Source of the DNA: Geosiphon pyriformis uo1
Lineage: Eukaryota; Fungi; Glomeromycota
DNA: 64,000 bases
Direction of reading: 5' to 3'
NCBI GenBank assembly: GCA_016748015.1
Contig: JAAOMT010000586.1
Span: 937,652 to 1,001,651, forward strand
The notes beneath the pieces were generated by a model, which did not search any database, had not been told where the DNA came from, and worked only from the letters and a program-made list of their open reading frames with translations. The position numbers and the translations under genes are program-made. Of this stretch, positions 16,282 through 28,419 are shown one piece after another; position 1 is the first letter of the stretch, and each line of letters starts with the position of its first letter.

Positions 16282-16809
16282 CCCGCTAAGCAACTTGAAA
16301 CTTGATAATTATTTGACTGTGCAATATTTGATTGGTTAAATATTTACTTCGCATCAATAGTCAAATGGTTGAATCCGCCTTAGGACAATTTAGGATTGTC
16401 TAGTAGAATGGACATGTTGTAATAATATTATAATTATAATTTTTGAGGAGAATCAGTATTTTTAGTGCTTCTGTGCATTACATGAACTAACCGCTAGCCG
16501 TCTTATAATAGAATTTAAATAGTAGTTTTGCTCGAATTTCGATCCTTTAACATCACGAATATAAGTATCATACCTTTCTAATTTTCCATAAACGGGTACA
16601 ACAATCATTGAGCAAATTTTTTTGATTGAATCGGTAAACATACCTGATTCATGAAACAGACTATTTCTCTTAAGATGGTGTAAATAAGCTTACAGTGATG
16701 TGATGCAATGAAAATATGCATTTTTTATTTATAGAAATTTTAGGTTTAACAGGATAAACACCTGAAAAGTCATCTAAAATATACAGTTCACTCATAAATT
16801 AACTAACCT

Positions 16810-19437
16810 TTATATACTCAGATCTTTTAAAGCTTTTTTGAGTTTATCATGCATTTCACTACCCTCAAAAGAGTTCTTCGTCCGACCGATCAAGGTTCTA
16901 AGCAAGGATTTTGCTTGATATCGCCAATCTTTACATACCAACTCTTCAATGGTGTTTCCCATGCTCTTGATTTCTGTAGCATTTGTTGCTGCCGCCGATT
17001 GTTGATCTACTGGTTTGATTACTTTCAACTCGCCCAAATTCTGGTAAGTTTCAACAACTTCTAGTGCTGCTGTGGCTGCTTGATCAAAAACCTCAGCAGA
17101 CGTTTCTAAACGTGGATCGTGCAAGAAACATCGATAAGCTTTTAAAAGAGCCTCCAAAGTGAGATCATATCTTTTCTGGGAGAACCAAAAGTTCCCGCAG
17201 ATGCGCCAGATTTTAGGGTTGTTAGTAACACGCGAAGTAATCCCCTCAAAGAGCAGCCGTTCAACTTTGGGCACGAGAAATTTAACATTGTTTTTATCAG
17301 CATCAAGAATTCCTTGGGTTACCGAATTCACAATAATTTCTAGAACCTCAATATCAACACACTTTTCTTTCTCTTTTTGCCATAATAAGTCTACTACACG
17401 TTGCATAGCACGTATGGCTTCTGAAAATTCACCTATATCAATGGCGGTATACATATAGTTGGTCCATACCTTCCAATTATCGTAATTTTGTTTTAATGCT
17501 TGTTGGAAAGCATTAAAAGCGTCCATTTTACGATCTTGTTTTAAAAAGATCGATGCAAGATTGTTCCATGCCTCGGAATTTTCTGAATCAATAGTAATAA
17601 CTCGCAGGAAGGCATTTATAGCTATATCCCAATCATCAATACGCATTGCAGCACAACCTTGAATAAACCAGGAGTTTTCAAACAACGGATTTATTTGGAG
17701 GGCCTTTTTATAACAATCAATCGATTTTTGATATTGTTGCTGTTGAAACCAATGACTGCCGAGGGACCGCATAGCTCGCGCAAAACGATAATTAGAGATT
17801 TCCCATGCATATTCCCAGTGCTTTGGATCTTTTTCAATATCACCTAAAATACAATAAAGCTTGGGCGATTTAGGCGTGATCTTGAGACGTTCATGTATTA
17901 TACCCTTAGCCTTTTCTTCTTTTCCTAACATGACATAACAATGAATCACTTCTTCCCACATTTCTAAGCGTTCAAATATCTCCAGGGCTGAACGGACCAC
18001 TCCAAGAGACATAAAGCGTTCACCTAGCTCTTTTTCCATGTCCCATTTAGATGGTAAAAGAATTTGATAAAAGTATTCAATTCTTTCATGTGCACTAGAA
18101 ATCTCAAGTGGAAACTGATCTACTAATGCTTGCAATTGAAGAGCAGATCGTTCTACAGTACGTGACTTTTCTTTTTCTAATCGTGATCTTAGCAATAGAG
18201 CCATCGTATGTACCATCCAGTTGTTTGGATTTTCGAGAACACGAGAGACATAAGGAATCATTTGTTCAGTGGTGATACCATGAGCTGGATTTGTATTTTT
18301 TATATTTAAACAAAAAGCTAGAAGAATACATTGATCAATTATTTTTAGATTACTCTGGTTTTCTGGATTGGTTTCGATTTCATCGGCTTCATATTCGTTC
18401 TCCATGGTTTCATTGATCTGGCTATACTTTCGAAATTTTATTTTTTCAAGAAGCGTGTCATCATCAAGAGGTAAATTATCAGGAAGCTTATTTGGTCTGC
18501 TTTCCTCAGGTTGGATATTGTTATTGGAATGGCTGCTAGCAACAAGCAAAAGTTGAGAGACATCAAAGGTTTGAAACCTTGTGCGTCTGCCTAAAGCACC
18601 TGTTATCTTCCATTTTAAGCCACTTGCTCGTTGCGCTTTGACAAAATGATCAAGAGCTAAGGCGTCTTGATTATAATAATGATAAATAAATCCACATTCA
18701 ATATGATAACGAACGTGGACTAATGCAATCTCCTCAGAAAAATCGGGGAGTGAAGTCTCAAGCGATCCAATGCATTCGATGATAGGGCGTCGTAAAGACG
18801 CCGCGTTATTATCTAAAATTCGTTGTTGCAAAAATAATGCTCTCATCGCCCACCAGTTTTTAGTCTTTAAATCCTTCAACAAAGAAATATTATCTACAAG
18901 AATAGTACGAGCAATCAACAAAAAAAGTGCATTTGGTGTCAAGTGATAAGCCTGTTCTCCATCTGCCTCTAAAGAATCTATAGCCCTCTTGTTTAGTTCA
19001 ATACTTCCGATTCTCATATATTTGGGCAAAATATCCTGTGGTTCTAATTCAAAGACTGGTCCAGTCCATCCGGTTTGAACAAAAGCATTGATAAAGCTAA
19101 CAGCGATGCAAAGTACCTGAAGCTGTTTGACCAAAGGGTGCTCATGATTAAACTCTTCTATCTCCTGAAAATAAAGTTGAAGTTGTCGAGAGATATAGGT
19201 AGAAATCTCAATGGTTTGAGATGACTCTTCTGCTGCTTCCCTAGCCAACACAGTTGTTTCCGAACTCAAATCACTTCCAAGTAGTAAGCGGACAGTATTT
19301 GAAGTTAGGACATTTTCGTATTGGCCATCAATCAATTTAGAAACAAGTGTGGCAACATTAAGGTGGGCTTCTTCTTTTACTGGTTTACCCGAAATTAGGG
19401 ACCATTCGAGCTTTTCAATTTTTGCTTCGAGCGACAT
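16810..19437 (-). CDS. EMW1: TPR protein Emw1/TTC27, intronless, 875 aa
   Basis: GALGRRTRFQTFDVSQL, NWMVHTMALLLRSRLE..KSRTVERSALQLQALVDQ, LPSKWDMEKELGERF.SLG..RSALEIFERLEMWE and a C-terminal TPR array. Confidence 0.92.
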   Translation of the reverse strand: MSLEAKIEKLEWSLISGKPVKEEAHLNVATLVSKLIDGQYENVLTSNTVRLLLGSDLSSETTVLAREAAEESSQTIEISTYISRQLQLYFQEIEEFNHEHPLVKQLQVLCIAVSFINAFVQTGWTGPVFELEPQDILPKYMRIGSIELNKRAIDSLEADGEQAYHLTPNALFLLIARTILVDNISLLKDLKTKNWWAMRALFLQQRILDNNAASLRRPIIECIGSLETSLPDFSEEIALVHVRYHIECGFIYHYYNQDALALDHFVKAQRASGLKWKITGALGRRTRFQTFDVSQLLLVASSHSNNNIQPEESRPNKLPDNLPLDDDTLLEKIKFRKYSQINETMENEYEADEIETNPENQSNLKIIDQCILLAFCLNIKNTNPAHGITTEQMIPYVSRVLENPNNWMVHTMALLLRSRLEKEKSRTVERSALQLQALVDQFPLEISSAHERIEYFYQILLPSKWDMEKELGERFMSLGVVRSALEIFERLEMWEEVIHCYVMLGKEEKAKGIIHERLKITPKSPKLYCILGDIEKDPKHWEYAWEISNYRFARAMRSLGSHWFQQQQYQKSIDCYKKALQINPLFENSWFIQGCAAMRIDDWDIAINAFLRVITIDSENSEAWNNLASIFLKQDRKMDAFNAFQQALKQNYDNWKVWTNYMYTAIDIGEFSEAIRAMQRVVDLLWQKEKEKCVDIEVLEIIVNSVTQGILDADKNNVKFLVPKVERLLFEGITSRVTNNPKIWRICGNFWFSQKRYDLTLEALLKAYRCFLHDPRLETSAEVFDQAATAALEVVETYQNLGELKVIKPVDQQSAAATNATEIKSMGNTIEELVCKDWRYQAKSLLRTLIGRTKNSFEGSEMHDKLKKALKDLSI

Positions 19438-19740
19438 TTAATTCACGAAATTTTTAGTGAGCCCAAATGTGATTTGCCGATCCCAATTCTTTATAGACAA
19501 ATCATGTAAATAAAATTTAAATATTCACATTTATTTAGCATTACAACGTTTTTCAAAGTTCTCCAAAAATTAGTCATTCATAGGCGGTATGGATCAAGAT
19601 TTAATTTATTACGATTTCCAATATTCAGTCTAGTACCATTTTTCATTTGCCATTCAAAGACCTTAGGAAATGAATGAAGTCAAGTCAGATTTCTCTAATC
19701 GTGATTCTAAGATGGAGAAATTATACTCCCCACGTTAACC

Positions 19741-20577
19741 TTATATCAACCTCTTGTAGGTCAAATCATGAGGAGACCAGTTTGTGCGATATTGATTCAT
19801 GGCAGCACGATGAATCCCCCTGGTCTTTGCAAATTCTTTGTATTTCCACTCCCACCACTTCGCCAATTTTTGCATCTCATTCTCAGTTTTCTTATCATAT
19901 TTGTTGATATACTTCTCCAACTCGGTTTCCTCTTCCCTTTCATCTTCACCTTTCCCTTCACCGACCACCTCGATATACTTCAATTCGTTATCAGGCGTCT
20001 GACGATATAAAAAAACTTGGTCAGGTTCATCGCTGAACCTAAAGTTCAGGCTCTCCGCATTCCGGAAGCGTAATTTGTCAGCCCTCCTGAGGACACCCCA
20101 AGGTGATAAATTCTCTTCGTTGGCACTGAATTTGATGTATCTCATGCGCTTGATTCTTTTTTGACGCCTTTTCTTTTCAGCAGCCTCGAGCCACTGTAAG
20201 AAGTGTTTCCTAACTAATCTCTTCTTGCGTTTTTTTTGAAATTCGAGAATGAGCTTATTAGAATTTTTAATCTCTTCGACCTTTGCCCTCCATTTATTAA
20301 AGTATTTTCGTTGGAGGTGGTATCTAGTCGCAAGGTCAGGGTATGAACCAGGAATTATAGGCCACTTGGGGGCTTGTTGCTGTAGATGGATAACATATTT
20401 GTCCTCTTCCTCAACGCTGAGTAAAGAGCTTTTTGAACAAAGAGTTTTAATTCCACTCAATAAGTTGCTAAAATGAGTTATAACAGCAGTCTTAACTACT
20501 TTAGCTGGCCTTTTGAAAGGATCGAAACGGGTGCTTTTAAAGGTACCAGGAGTGCTTTCGCTACGGACAGGGGGCAT
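19741..20577 (-). CDS. Hypothetical basic protein, 278 aa, with two Sfi1-like repeats
   Basis: Intact single-exon ORF with normal GC/CpG content, divergent from SF3A2. No family recognised. Confidence 0.7.
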   Translation of the reverse strand: MPPVRSESTPGTFKSTRFDPFKRPAKVVKTAVITHFSNLLSGIKTLCSKSSLLSVEEEDKYVIHLQQQAPKWPIIPGSYPDLATRYHLQRKYFNKWRAKVEEIKNSNKLILEFQKKRKKRLVRKHFLQWLEAAEKKRRQKRIKRMRYIKFSANEENLSPWGVLRRADKLRFRNAESLNFRFSDEPDQVFLYRQTPDNELKYIEVVGEGKGEDEREEETELEKYINKYDKKTENEMQKLAKWWEWKYKEFAKTRGIHRAAMNQYRTNWSPHDLTYKRLI

Positions 20578-20772
20578 CGTGAGGCTATGAACTTCTTTGC
20601 TTCGAGTTTCCTAGCTTGAATTTTTTATTTCAAAGATCGACCGGGCGGAATGTTATGATTTATCGATCGCTGATCATTATCTGTTATTGTCATGATGTAT
20701 ATATATATATACGCAGGACTTTTTAGAGAACTTGACATTGTTTCCTGGAAGTAAAACAAGTAAAATTTCAAA

Positions 20773-21637
20773 ATGGATTTTCAGAACAGAGTAGGTTAGT
20801 ATTTATCGGCTTCTTTTTCGATTCAATGAAAGTTAATTTTCGCAGTTTATAGCCTTTTTCCTAATACATTAAATATTTTTATGTAAAGGTTCTAAGGTAG
20901 GTAGTGGAGGGGTTGCTGGGTACTCTGAAACAAATGTTGATCGACGTGAACGTCTTCGTAAACTTGCGTTGGAGACTATTGATCTGAACAAAGACCCATA
21001 TTTTATGAAAAATCATTTGGGGTCTTATGAATGCAAATTATGTTTGACGTTGCACACAAATGAGGGTAGTTATCTTGCCCACACTCAAGGCAAAAAACAC
21101 CAAACTAATTTGGCTCGAAGGGCGGCACGTGAAGCCAAAGAGAACAATAATATACAACCAGCGTTGCAAGCTGCTGCTAAAATTCAAGTTAGAAAAAATA
21201 TGGTAAAGATTGGTCGGCCTGGTTATAAAGTTACCAAAGTTCGTGATCCTATCACGCGACAGCTTGGTCTTTTGTTTCAAATTCAATATCCAGAGATCGG
21301 AACAGATGTCATCCCTAGACACCGATTCATGTCTGCGTATGAACAGCGTATCGAGCCGCCCAACAAGGCTCATCAATATTTGTTGTTTGCTGCAGAGCCT
21401 TATGAAACTATTTCATTCAAAGTTCAAAGTAAAGAGGTGGATAAAGGTGAAGGAAAGTTTTTTACTCATTGGGACCCGGATTCAAAGCAATTTTCATTGC
21501 AATTCTTTTTCAAAAATGATCGCCCAAGCATTTATTCTGAAGGAGTCCCACCAGGTTTGGAACGTGCTCCCATCGCAAACCCGTTAAATCCTTACAATGC
21601 GCCAGTCATGCGAGGACCTACTTACGTACACGGTTAA
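20773..21637 (+). CDS. SF3A2: Splicing factor 3A subunit 2 (SAP62/Prp11)
   Basis: MDFQNRVG, an intron, then SKVGSGG...RRERLRKLALETIDLNKDPYFMKNHLGSYECKLCLTLHTNEGSYLAHTQGKKHQTNL. Confidence 0.97.
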
Positions 21638-21812
21638 GAATGATTCGAGTCATAGAATTATAGACAATAATAATCATGACAAGCAATTTGTCTAAACAAA
21701 TTGGATTTTTAACTAATTTCTAAAAATATCCTCTTTGGACTAATCGGTTTGATTAAAGTATCCGCTATATAAATAAATTAACCTAAAGGAAAATGCCCAA
21801 CAAAAAAAAAAC

Positions 21813-23369
21813 TTAAAAGCTCATAGCACATATGGAACTATATTTTGACTTTTTATCTTTAGCATTATACTGGCACCATAATGATCTAATAGAATATTAG
21901 ATATTTTAATAACAGCTCATAATTCATAATTTGAAAATTTAAATAGCCTACCTGATAACTGTGTAAACGGGAGTTCTTGTTTATCTTCTGAGGAATTAGT
22001 AAAAAATTTCTCAATCTTCGTTTGTTCTAAATCTACGTTTATTAGCCTCTTGTTTAAGATAAGATTATCGTCGTCAGTTTTCTCATCAATCAAGAGGATA
22101 TAATCTAAACTAGCCGTGGTCTTCCAATCACTTTTGCTAGTCAAGACAGTCTCACGGGGTTGAACATGGCCTTTTTCATCAGTAAACACATCTCCAAATG
22201 TTACTGGATGAAAATTATATCGTTGCCACAAGAGATCATGGACATTTATAATTGTGGGTGCCGTATAACGCATATCGTCTGATGCATTAAGTTTCGGATT
22301 GGCCAGAGGCGCTTCAATTCCTTCCCCACAAAGGATTTTTATCATGCATTTGTATTCTGTACTGTCTCCTTTCACCACTTCCGGATTTGAAGGATCGAAT
22401 TGTGGGCGTCCATTGACATTGAGATCTCCCATCAAAATTATAAGTTCTTCGGGTTTTCGACCTGAATGGATGGTACATTTATCAATAAACTCTCGGAGCA
22501 TGGCAAATTGTCGGTGACGAATTATTACCGATTGGTCATTTGGTGCGGGTGCTGAAGTATAAGATGCTTGTGTGTGTGTCACAAAAATGTGAATGAAGTT
22601 CGTTTGAGTAATTCCCACCTTGGCATATAAGGCCCCTTTGTCTGAAAACCTTGATTAATTATATCAAATAAAATGAATTTAATAAACAAAGAATAAATCC
22701 ACTGAAACGTGGTGCAACATTCTCCTACAAATACCCAAACTACGTGATTCCTTTGGGCCATAAATCTATATTTGTTTATGGTAGGATAGAGTTTAAGCTG
22801 AATTGGAATCACCAGTTTGATAGGAAAAAAAGATGCAGAAAAACAAGGTGATGCCACAAAGAATTATAATAATCACCCGAAAACAAATAGCAAAGAGTAA
22901 GAAATCTCTTTGATATTCTTGGACGCTAACTAACTTACCTATCAGAATAACAGCCAACCGGATAAACCATGTAATCACATTCACGTAAAGGGAATTTACT
23001 CAATAGCACCAAACCACCATCGATACTTCCACTAAACAAACTTTTTGCAGGCGATGACCAGGAAAATTTAAAGCCAGCCTTGTAGGCAGCTTCTAACAAC
23101 CTGTGCCGCCGACTGCTGCCAAATTGAAACATCTCTTGCAAACATATAATGTCGAACTTGGGAAGCACATGTTCTATAAAGTACGCGAGCCGTGCTTCTT
23201 TGTGATCACTAGCATTGTTACGAATGAGTGGTGGTCGCATGAAAAAATTCACGGTTAGAATTCGGACTTTGTCTGCTACTGCACCGTTTTCATTACTCTT
23301 TATAGAGTCAATGGAAATAGTGGAAACACAAGCCGAAGTTTCGTCCACATTCGTTACAAGTTCCAACAT
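21813..23369 (-). CDS. Endonuclease/exonuclease/phosphatase family protein, neutral sphingomyelinase-like, 3 exons
   Basis: EEP motifs ILTVN, DIICLQEMF, DGGLVLLSKFP, KGALY, THTQA, MGDLN, LDYIL and SDHYG, spliced across two GT-AG introns. Confidence 0.85.
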
Positions 23370-23723
23370 TTACAGTCTGGGCACGCTTGAAATTCGATAA
23401 TTTGTTGTAGTAATTTTGAGCTGTGAATTCTAATACTGAAAGCTACACGCGAAACCTTAAAAATTTTGCTGTATATTTTAAAAAAATGCCAAGAAAGCTG
23501 GATCACAAGTTTCATTTAATGAATTCGTACTCCGATCAGCATAGGTACCGGGATTTGGACCGGGGGCATCTATTTGATTCGGTGAAGCTTGGGAACTTAC
23601 CTACAATTTGTCTCTTCTCAAGAACCTCAAAAGGCTGAATCTGCTAGTAGCGCACCACTTTACCGCATTTATAACCTCCAAAAGAACCGTGTAACTTAAC
23701 CTTGCGTTTTAAACCTTTAAAAT

Positions 23724-24521
<798 letters not shown>

Positions 24522-25323
24522 ATACCATCTCTTCTCATTAATTAAAACTAATATGAATATAATTGCATCCGATCAATATCTCTACCATCGCCTTCATTAG
24601 CGATCTCGAACAAGAGAAGAGAACAATAGATGTGTGTTTTATAAATCCCAAGTGCATTTTACATTGAAACCCTGCTCTTTTTATACTGTTTCATAAATTC
24701 AACTCCTGATCTTCTGTCTAGAATAAATAATTTATTTCTATACTCCATTCATAATTCATGAGTATAGTAAACATGAACGTTTAAAAATTATTATTGAAGA
24801 ATATGCATATACTCAGGAAAGATGAGATGGGGCCGGATGAGAGAAAACTAATTGCAATACTATGAATGAAAGACCACTATGATCGCATCAAAAAAATTCA
24901 ATGAGTTCAACTACAAGCGAATAAGAACAATATTGTAACTTACTTTAGGTACAGTATATTTCAAAATTTAAAAATCTTGTAATGATTCATCGTCAAGCCA
25001 AATCCGAAGATATATCTTGACCAACCATCTTATACGTCCTAGAACTCTGAAAACTTTGCATGTATCAGTTTTAATCAAAACAGAAATAAATGGCTGATTA
25101 CTTTGACTTAAGTAATTATCCAATCAATAATCCAATATTCGAAAAGAATGAGAAAAGTAAAGACTAAATTAATCGGACCTGGATCAAAAATGCATGCAAT
25201 ACTTGCAACTAGTAATGATCCAAAGAATACAAAGCATTATAACAAAAAACAAAAATTTAAAGCAAAAATAGTGTTTAAAAATAAAAAAAATGAAAAGAGT
25301 ATTTTATTTTTTGACAAAAAATT

Positions 25324-25466
25324 TATTAGCTCCGGACGGGTCGGGTTGGGTTTTGACCTAAAAATAAAATTTTTGTTTACCAAGACATTTTTATTTAATA
25401 AACTTTGTTTTAGAATCTTTAAAATTGAACGATTTTTAAATTTGATTCGACCCGTTCGGAGCACTA
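25324..25466. mobile_element. MITE-like inverted repeat element, possibly hAT-derived
   Basis: GCTCCGGACGGGTCGGGTTGGG (25329-25350) is an inverted repeat of 25441-25462, and all mismatches are transitions. The right end reads ...GGAGCACTA. No target-site duplication found. Confidence 0.5.
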
Positions 25467-26240
25467 AGCACAGTCAACAACTATTTTCAGTATAATTGAA
25501 ATTGTTAAGATTACTAAAATAGTGAAAAAACAATTTTACAATATATAAGCGAAACAAATCCTATTATTTACAAATAAATGATAATATACTAATAAACTAA
25601 ATAACGTATCTGTATTAATATGTTAAATTAAGTATTTTTATTAATAAAATATATTATATTTAATTAGGCATATTTATTTATTATATTTTTTAAACATATA
25701 TATAAACAAAAATTAATTCTTGTTTTTTATTTAACTAAAATAGTTTATAAACTTTATAAATAATAAATTAGTTCAATAAATTAAGATTTGTCCAAAAATA
25801 TTTTCTAAATAAAAAATTTAAGCTATAAAAATTCAGATTTAATTTAATAACACCCAAGAAAATGGAATTATAAAAAAAAATTTCAAAAAGTCAAAAATTC
25901 CTCTTGATCTTAACTATAATTATTCAATAATCACATCAGTACATGAAATATGTAGATTTGATTTGTAACGTTCCCAGTTCATCTTTTATAGAATAGACAA
26001 TTAGGTATGCATTTCATCATACAATACCCCTTTCAACAAGCAAGCACAGATAATACCTTTCAAGGAGTTGCCTCACACTATAACTGGGACCAGAAAATAC
26101 TGTTAACTAAAATTACTTTCCTTATAATATCTAAATTGGATTCCTCTTTGGCCTCTTGCACTCCGGAATAATTTGAACTGTTGTATTATATCACGAGTTT
26201 TCTCAATATCATATAAGATGAATCCGCCCAATGTACCAAA

Positions 26241-28276
26241 TCAAAAATGAGGGAGTTTTCTCGCTTCATCTAACTCGAGTGGTAAATCTAAACAAGGCAA
26301 TTGCCCATTTGGTAGGCACCCTATGGGGCAAGGTACCCAGGAAGTTGCATCATACAGAGTCCAACCTGAGGAAGTAGATCTTTCATCTAACTCATTCGAG
26401 GTATCGCTTAACTTTTCCTATAAAAAGTCAAAGTTATTATAATTAACGTGTAAAACTGAAAGAGAATATATCCAATTGAGATCCACCTCTTTAAGCCTAA
26501 TAATAATTTCTGAAAGTTGTGTTTCTAACGCGAGAATTTCTTTTCTGAATTCCTCATCGCTGATTTTTGGTATATCCTGAAAATTTGTGAATTTCTTTGT
26601 ATCGAGTAAAGGGATTATTCAGTGTTTTTATCGTTAAACTCATATTAAAGATTCTTATGACTTACATGATCTAGGCTTAATGTTTTATCAATATATTTTA
26701 AAAAAGGAACTACACTTGATCTTAATTCTACGTCGCGTTCAGTTAGAAATTCCAGTATTATATACGTACTAATGGCAGTGTAAATATAAAAATAAATGAT
26801 TTCATTTGATTTGAAAAATGTTTTACCGACCACAAAATTTTTACAGGGGTCTTACAAAGAATTTGGCCGACGAAGACAAAATTCCAACACATTTTCCAAA
26901 TCGATATCACCAAACGATGTGGATTTTTTGGCTAAGTGGATTTTCAGAATCTGATGTATCCACGCAACTATAAAATGGTTATAATGAAAATTAGTAATTA
27001 TCTTGCTGGATTTTAACCCATACTTTTTTTTACCTATAGTCAGCATATAGCTAGTGCTAGTAGTTGCTTCATCCTCAAAATCTGCATCCAACTTTTCCAG
27101 CATTATTTGCATTAATTCACTTCCGAAATTAGTCCAGGTTTCGTCAAATGACCGTAATATTGGTAACCATAGTTGCAATAGTTCTTCTGATAATAACAAA
27201 TCAGGTAAAGTGGCGCGTTTTCTAAAGCAAATTTGTCAATTCTTGACATTTAAATAAGGTTTAAAATTATCTCTTCATTCGAAGCATACCGTTTGCCTTT
27301 TGGCACTAGAAATCCCGATTCAAGTAGTACTGGTATAAGTAAATCCCCCAACATGTCAGGCCTGGTTAATTTTTGAATTTGTTTTACAAGTTTATTATTC
27401 AATAAAGAAGCAAGTCGAGGTGTTTCCTTGGATTTGAGATCTAAAAAAACTCAAATGTTTGCAAAATTTAGCGGAAAAGAATTGAAGATTTAAACATATA
27501 TTATCACCTTTCAGATATTGCTTTCTCAAATCCTTATAATTGGCAATTAATAGACGAATATCATTGATTTGCGTATCGATCAACGGTTTTTGCGAAGCCC
27601 AATAATTATCGTCAAGCCATTTTATTGCCTAGATAATGAGATGATGAAAATTATCAAATTTCAAAATCTTCAATATATAATAAATAAAATGGCCATATTT
27701 TTTTAACCTGTCGAGATCCTCTTCGCAAAAGCTGTAAGCTTGGCAAAGCTTCGTGCGTTGCGGCATGGCGTAGTTCCACAAACCATAATGGCAGATCCAG
27801 CTTGGCTGCTAGTGTGGCGATAGATAGAGCAAATGTACCCTGTTGTGCAGGATCAACCATCCCATTGACAAACCTGAAAAAAGCAAATTTGTTGGTGAGA
27901 AACGGAGAAAATGAACATCAAAAAATCATGCATACCTTGTGAACACCATAGAATATAAAAGACACAATTCGTTGAGTGAGATTTTTTCTGTTGAATGCTG
28001 GTCACGTAGCATTACCTCGACGAATGCCGCTGTACAAGTTACTGCGTGTGGAACTTTACCCCGACTGGCCCAAGCTTTTACCTTCAATTTAATTAAAGAA
28101 TTGAATTAGCCGAGAAAAAGCCTGAAACCAAATCAAAAGTCTTTTCAGCAAAATGAATGTATGACTCTTTTAACGCCTAGCTCTTGCATACGAGGAGATT
28201 CGGCATAAAGCCATTCGTAAACTTGTTGATACTCTTCTGTTGAGGTCCATGGAACAATACGAGGGATACGAGACAT
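26241..28276 (-). CDS. LAS1: Las1 HEPN endoribonuclease (pre-rRNA ITS2 C2 cleavage), multi-exon
   Basis: MSRIPRIVPWTSTEEYQQVYEWLY, VKAWASRGKVPHAVTCTA, LYSMVFTRFVNGMVDPAQQG, LPLWFVELRHAATHEALPSL (RxxxxH) and a C-terminal WVPCPIGCLP. Confidence 0.93.
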
Positions 28277-28419
28277 TTTAAAGTTGAAATTATAACTTAA
28301 AAAATTAATTTTTTAACAAGAGTCATGAAAAAAACTTAAATTTTACAATTTATATTTGGTTGCAAAATATAATAATACTTTGACCCAAAAATTAAAAATT
28401 AAATTTTTTAAATGACTAT

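Noticed and set aside
16350-16420. tRNA-like start (GCATCAATAGTCAAATGGTT) in the COX5 3' UTR
   Set aside because: No T-loop or acceptor stem complement.
26241-28276. LAS1 (ITS2 nuclease) and other ribosome-related genes near an rDNA unit as a functional cluster
   Set aside because: They are 20 kb apart across TE debris, the rDNA copy is a pseudogene, and such genes are common. Coincidence is sufficient.
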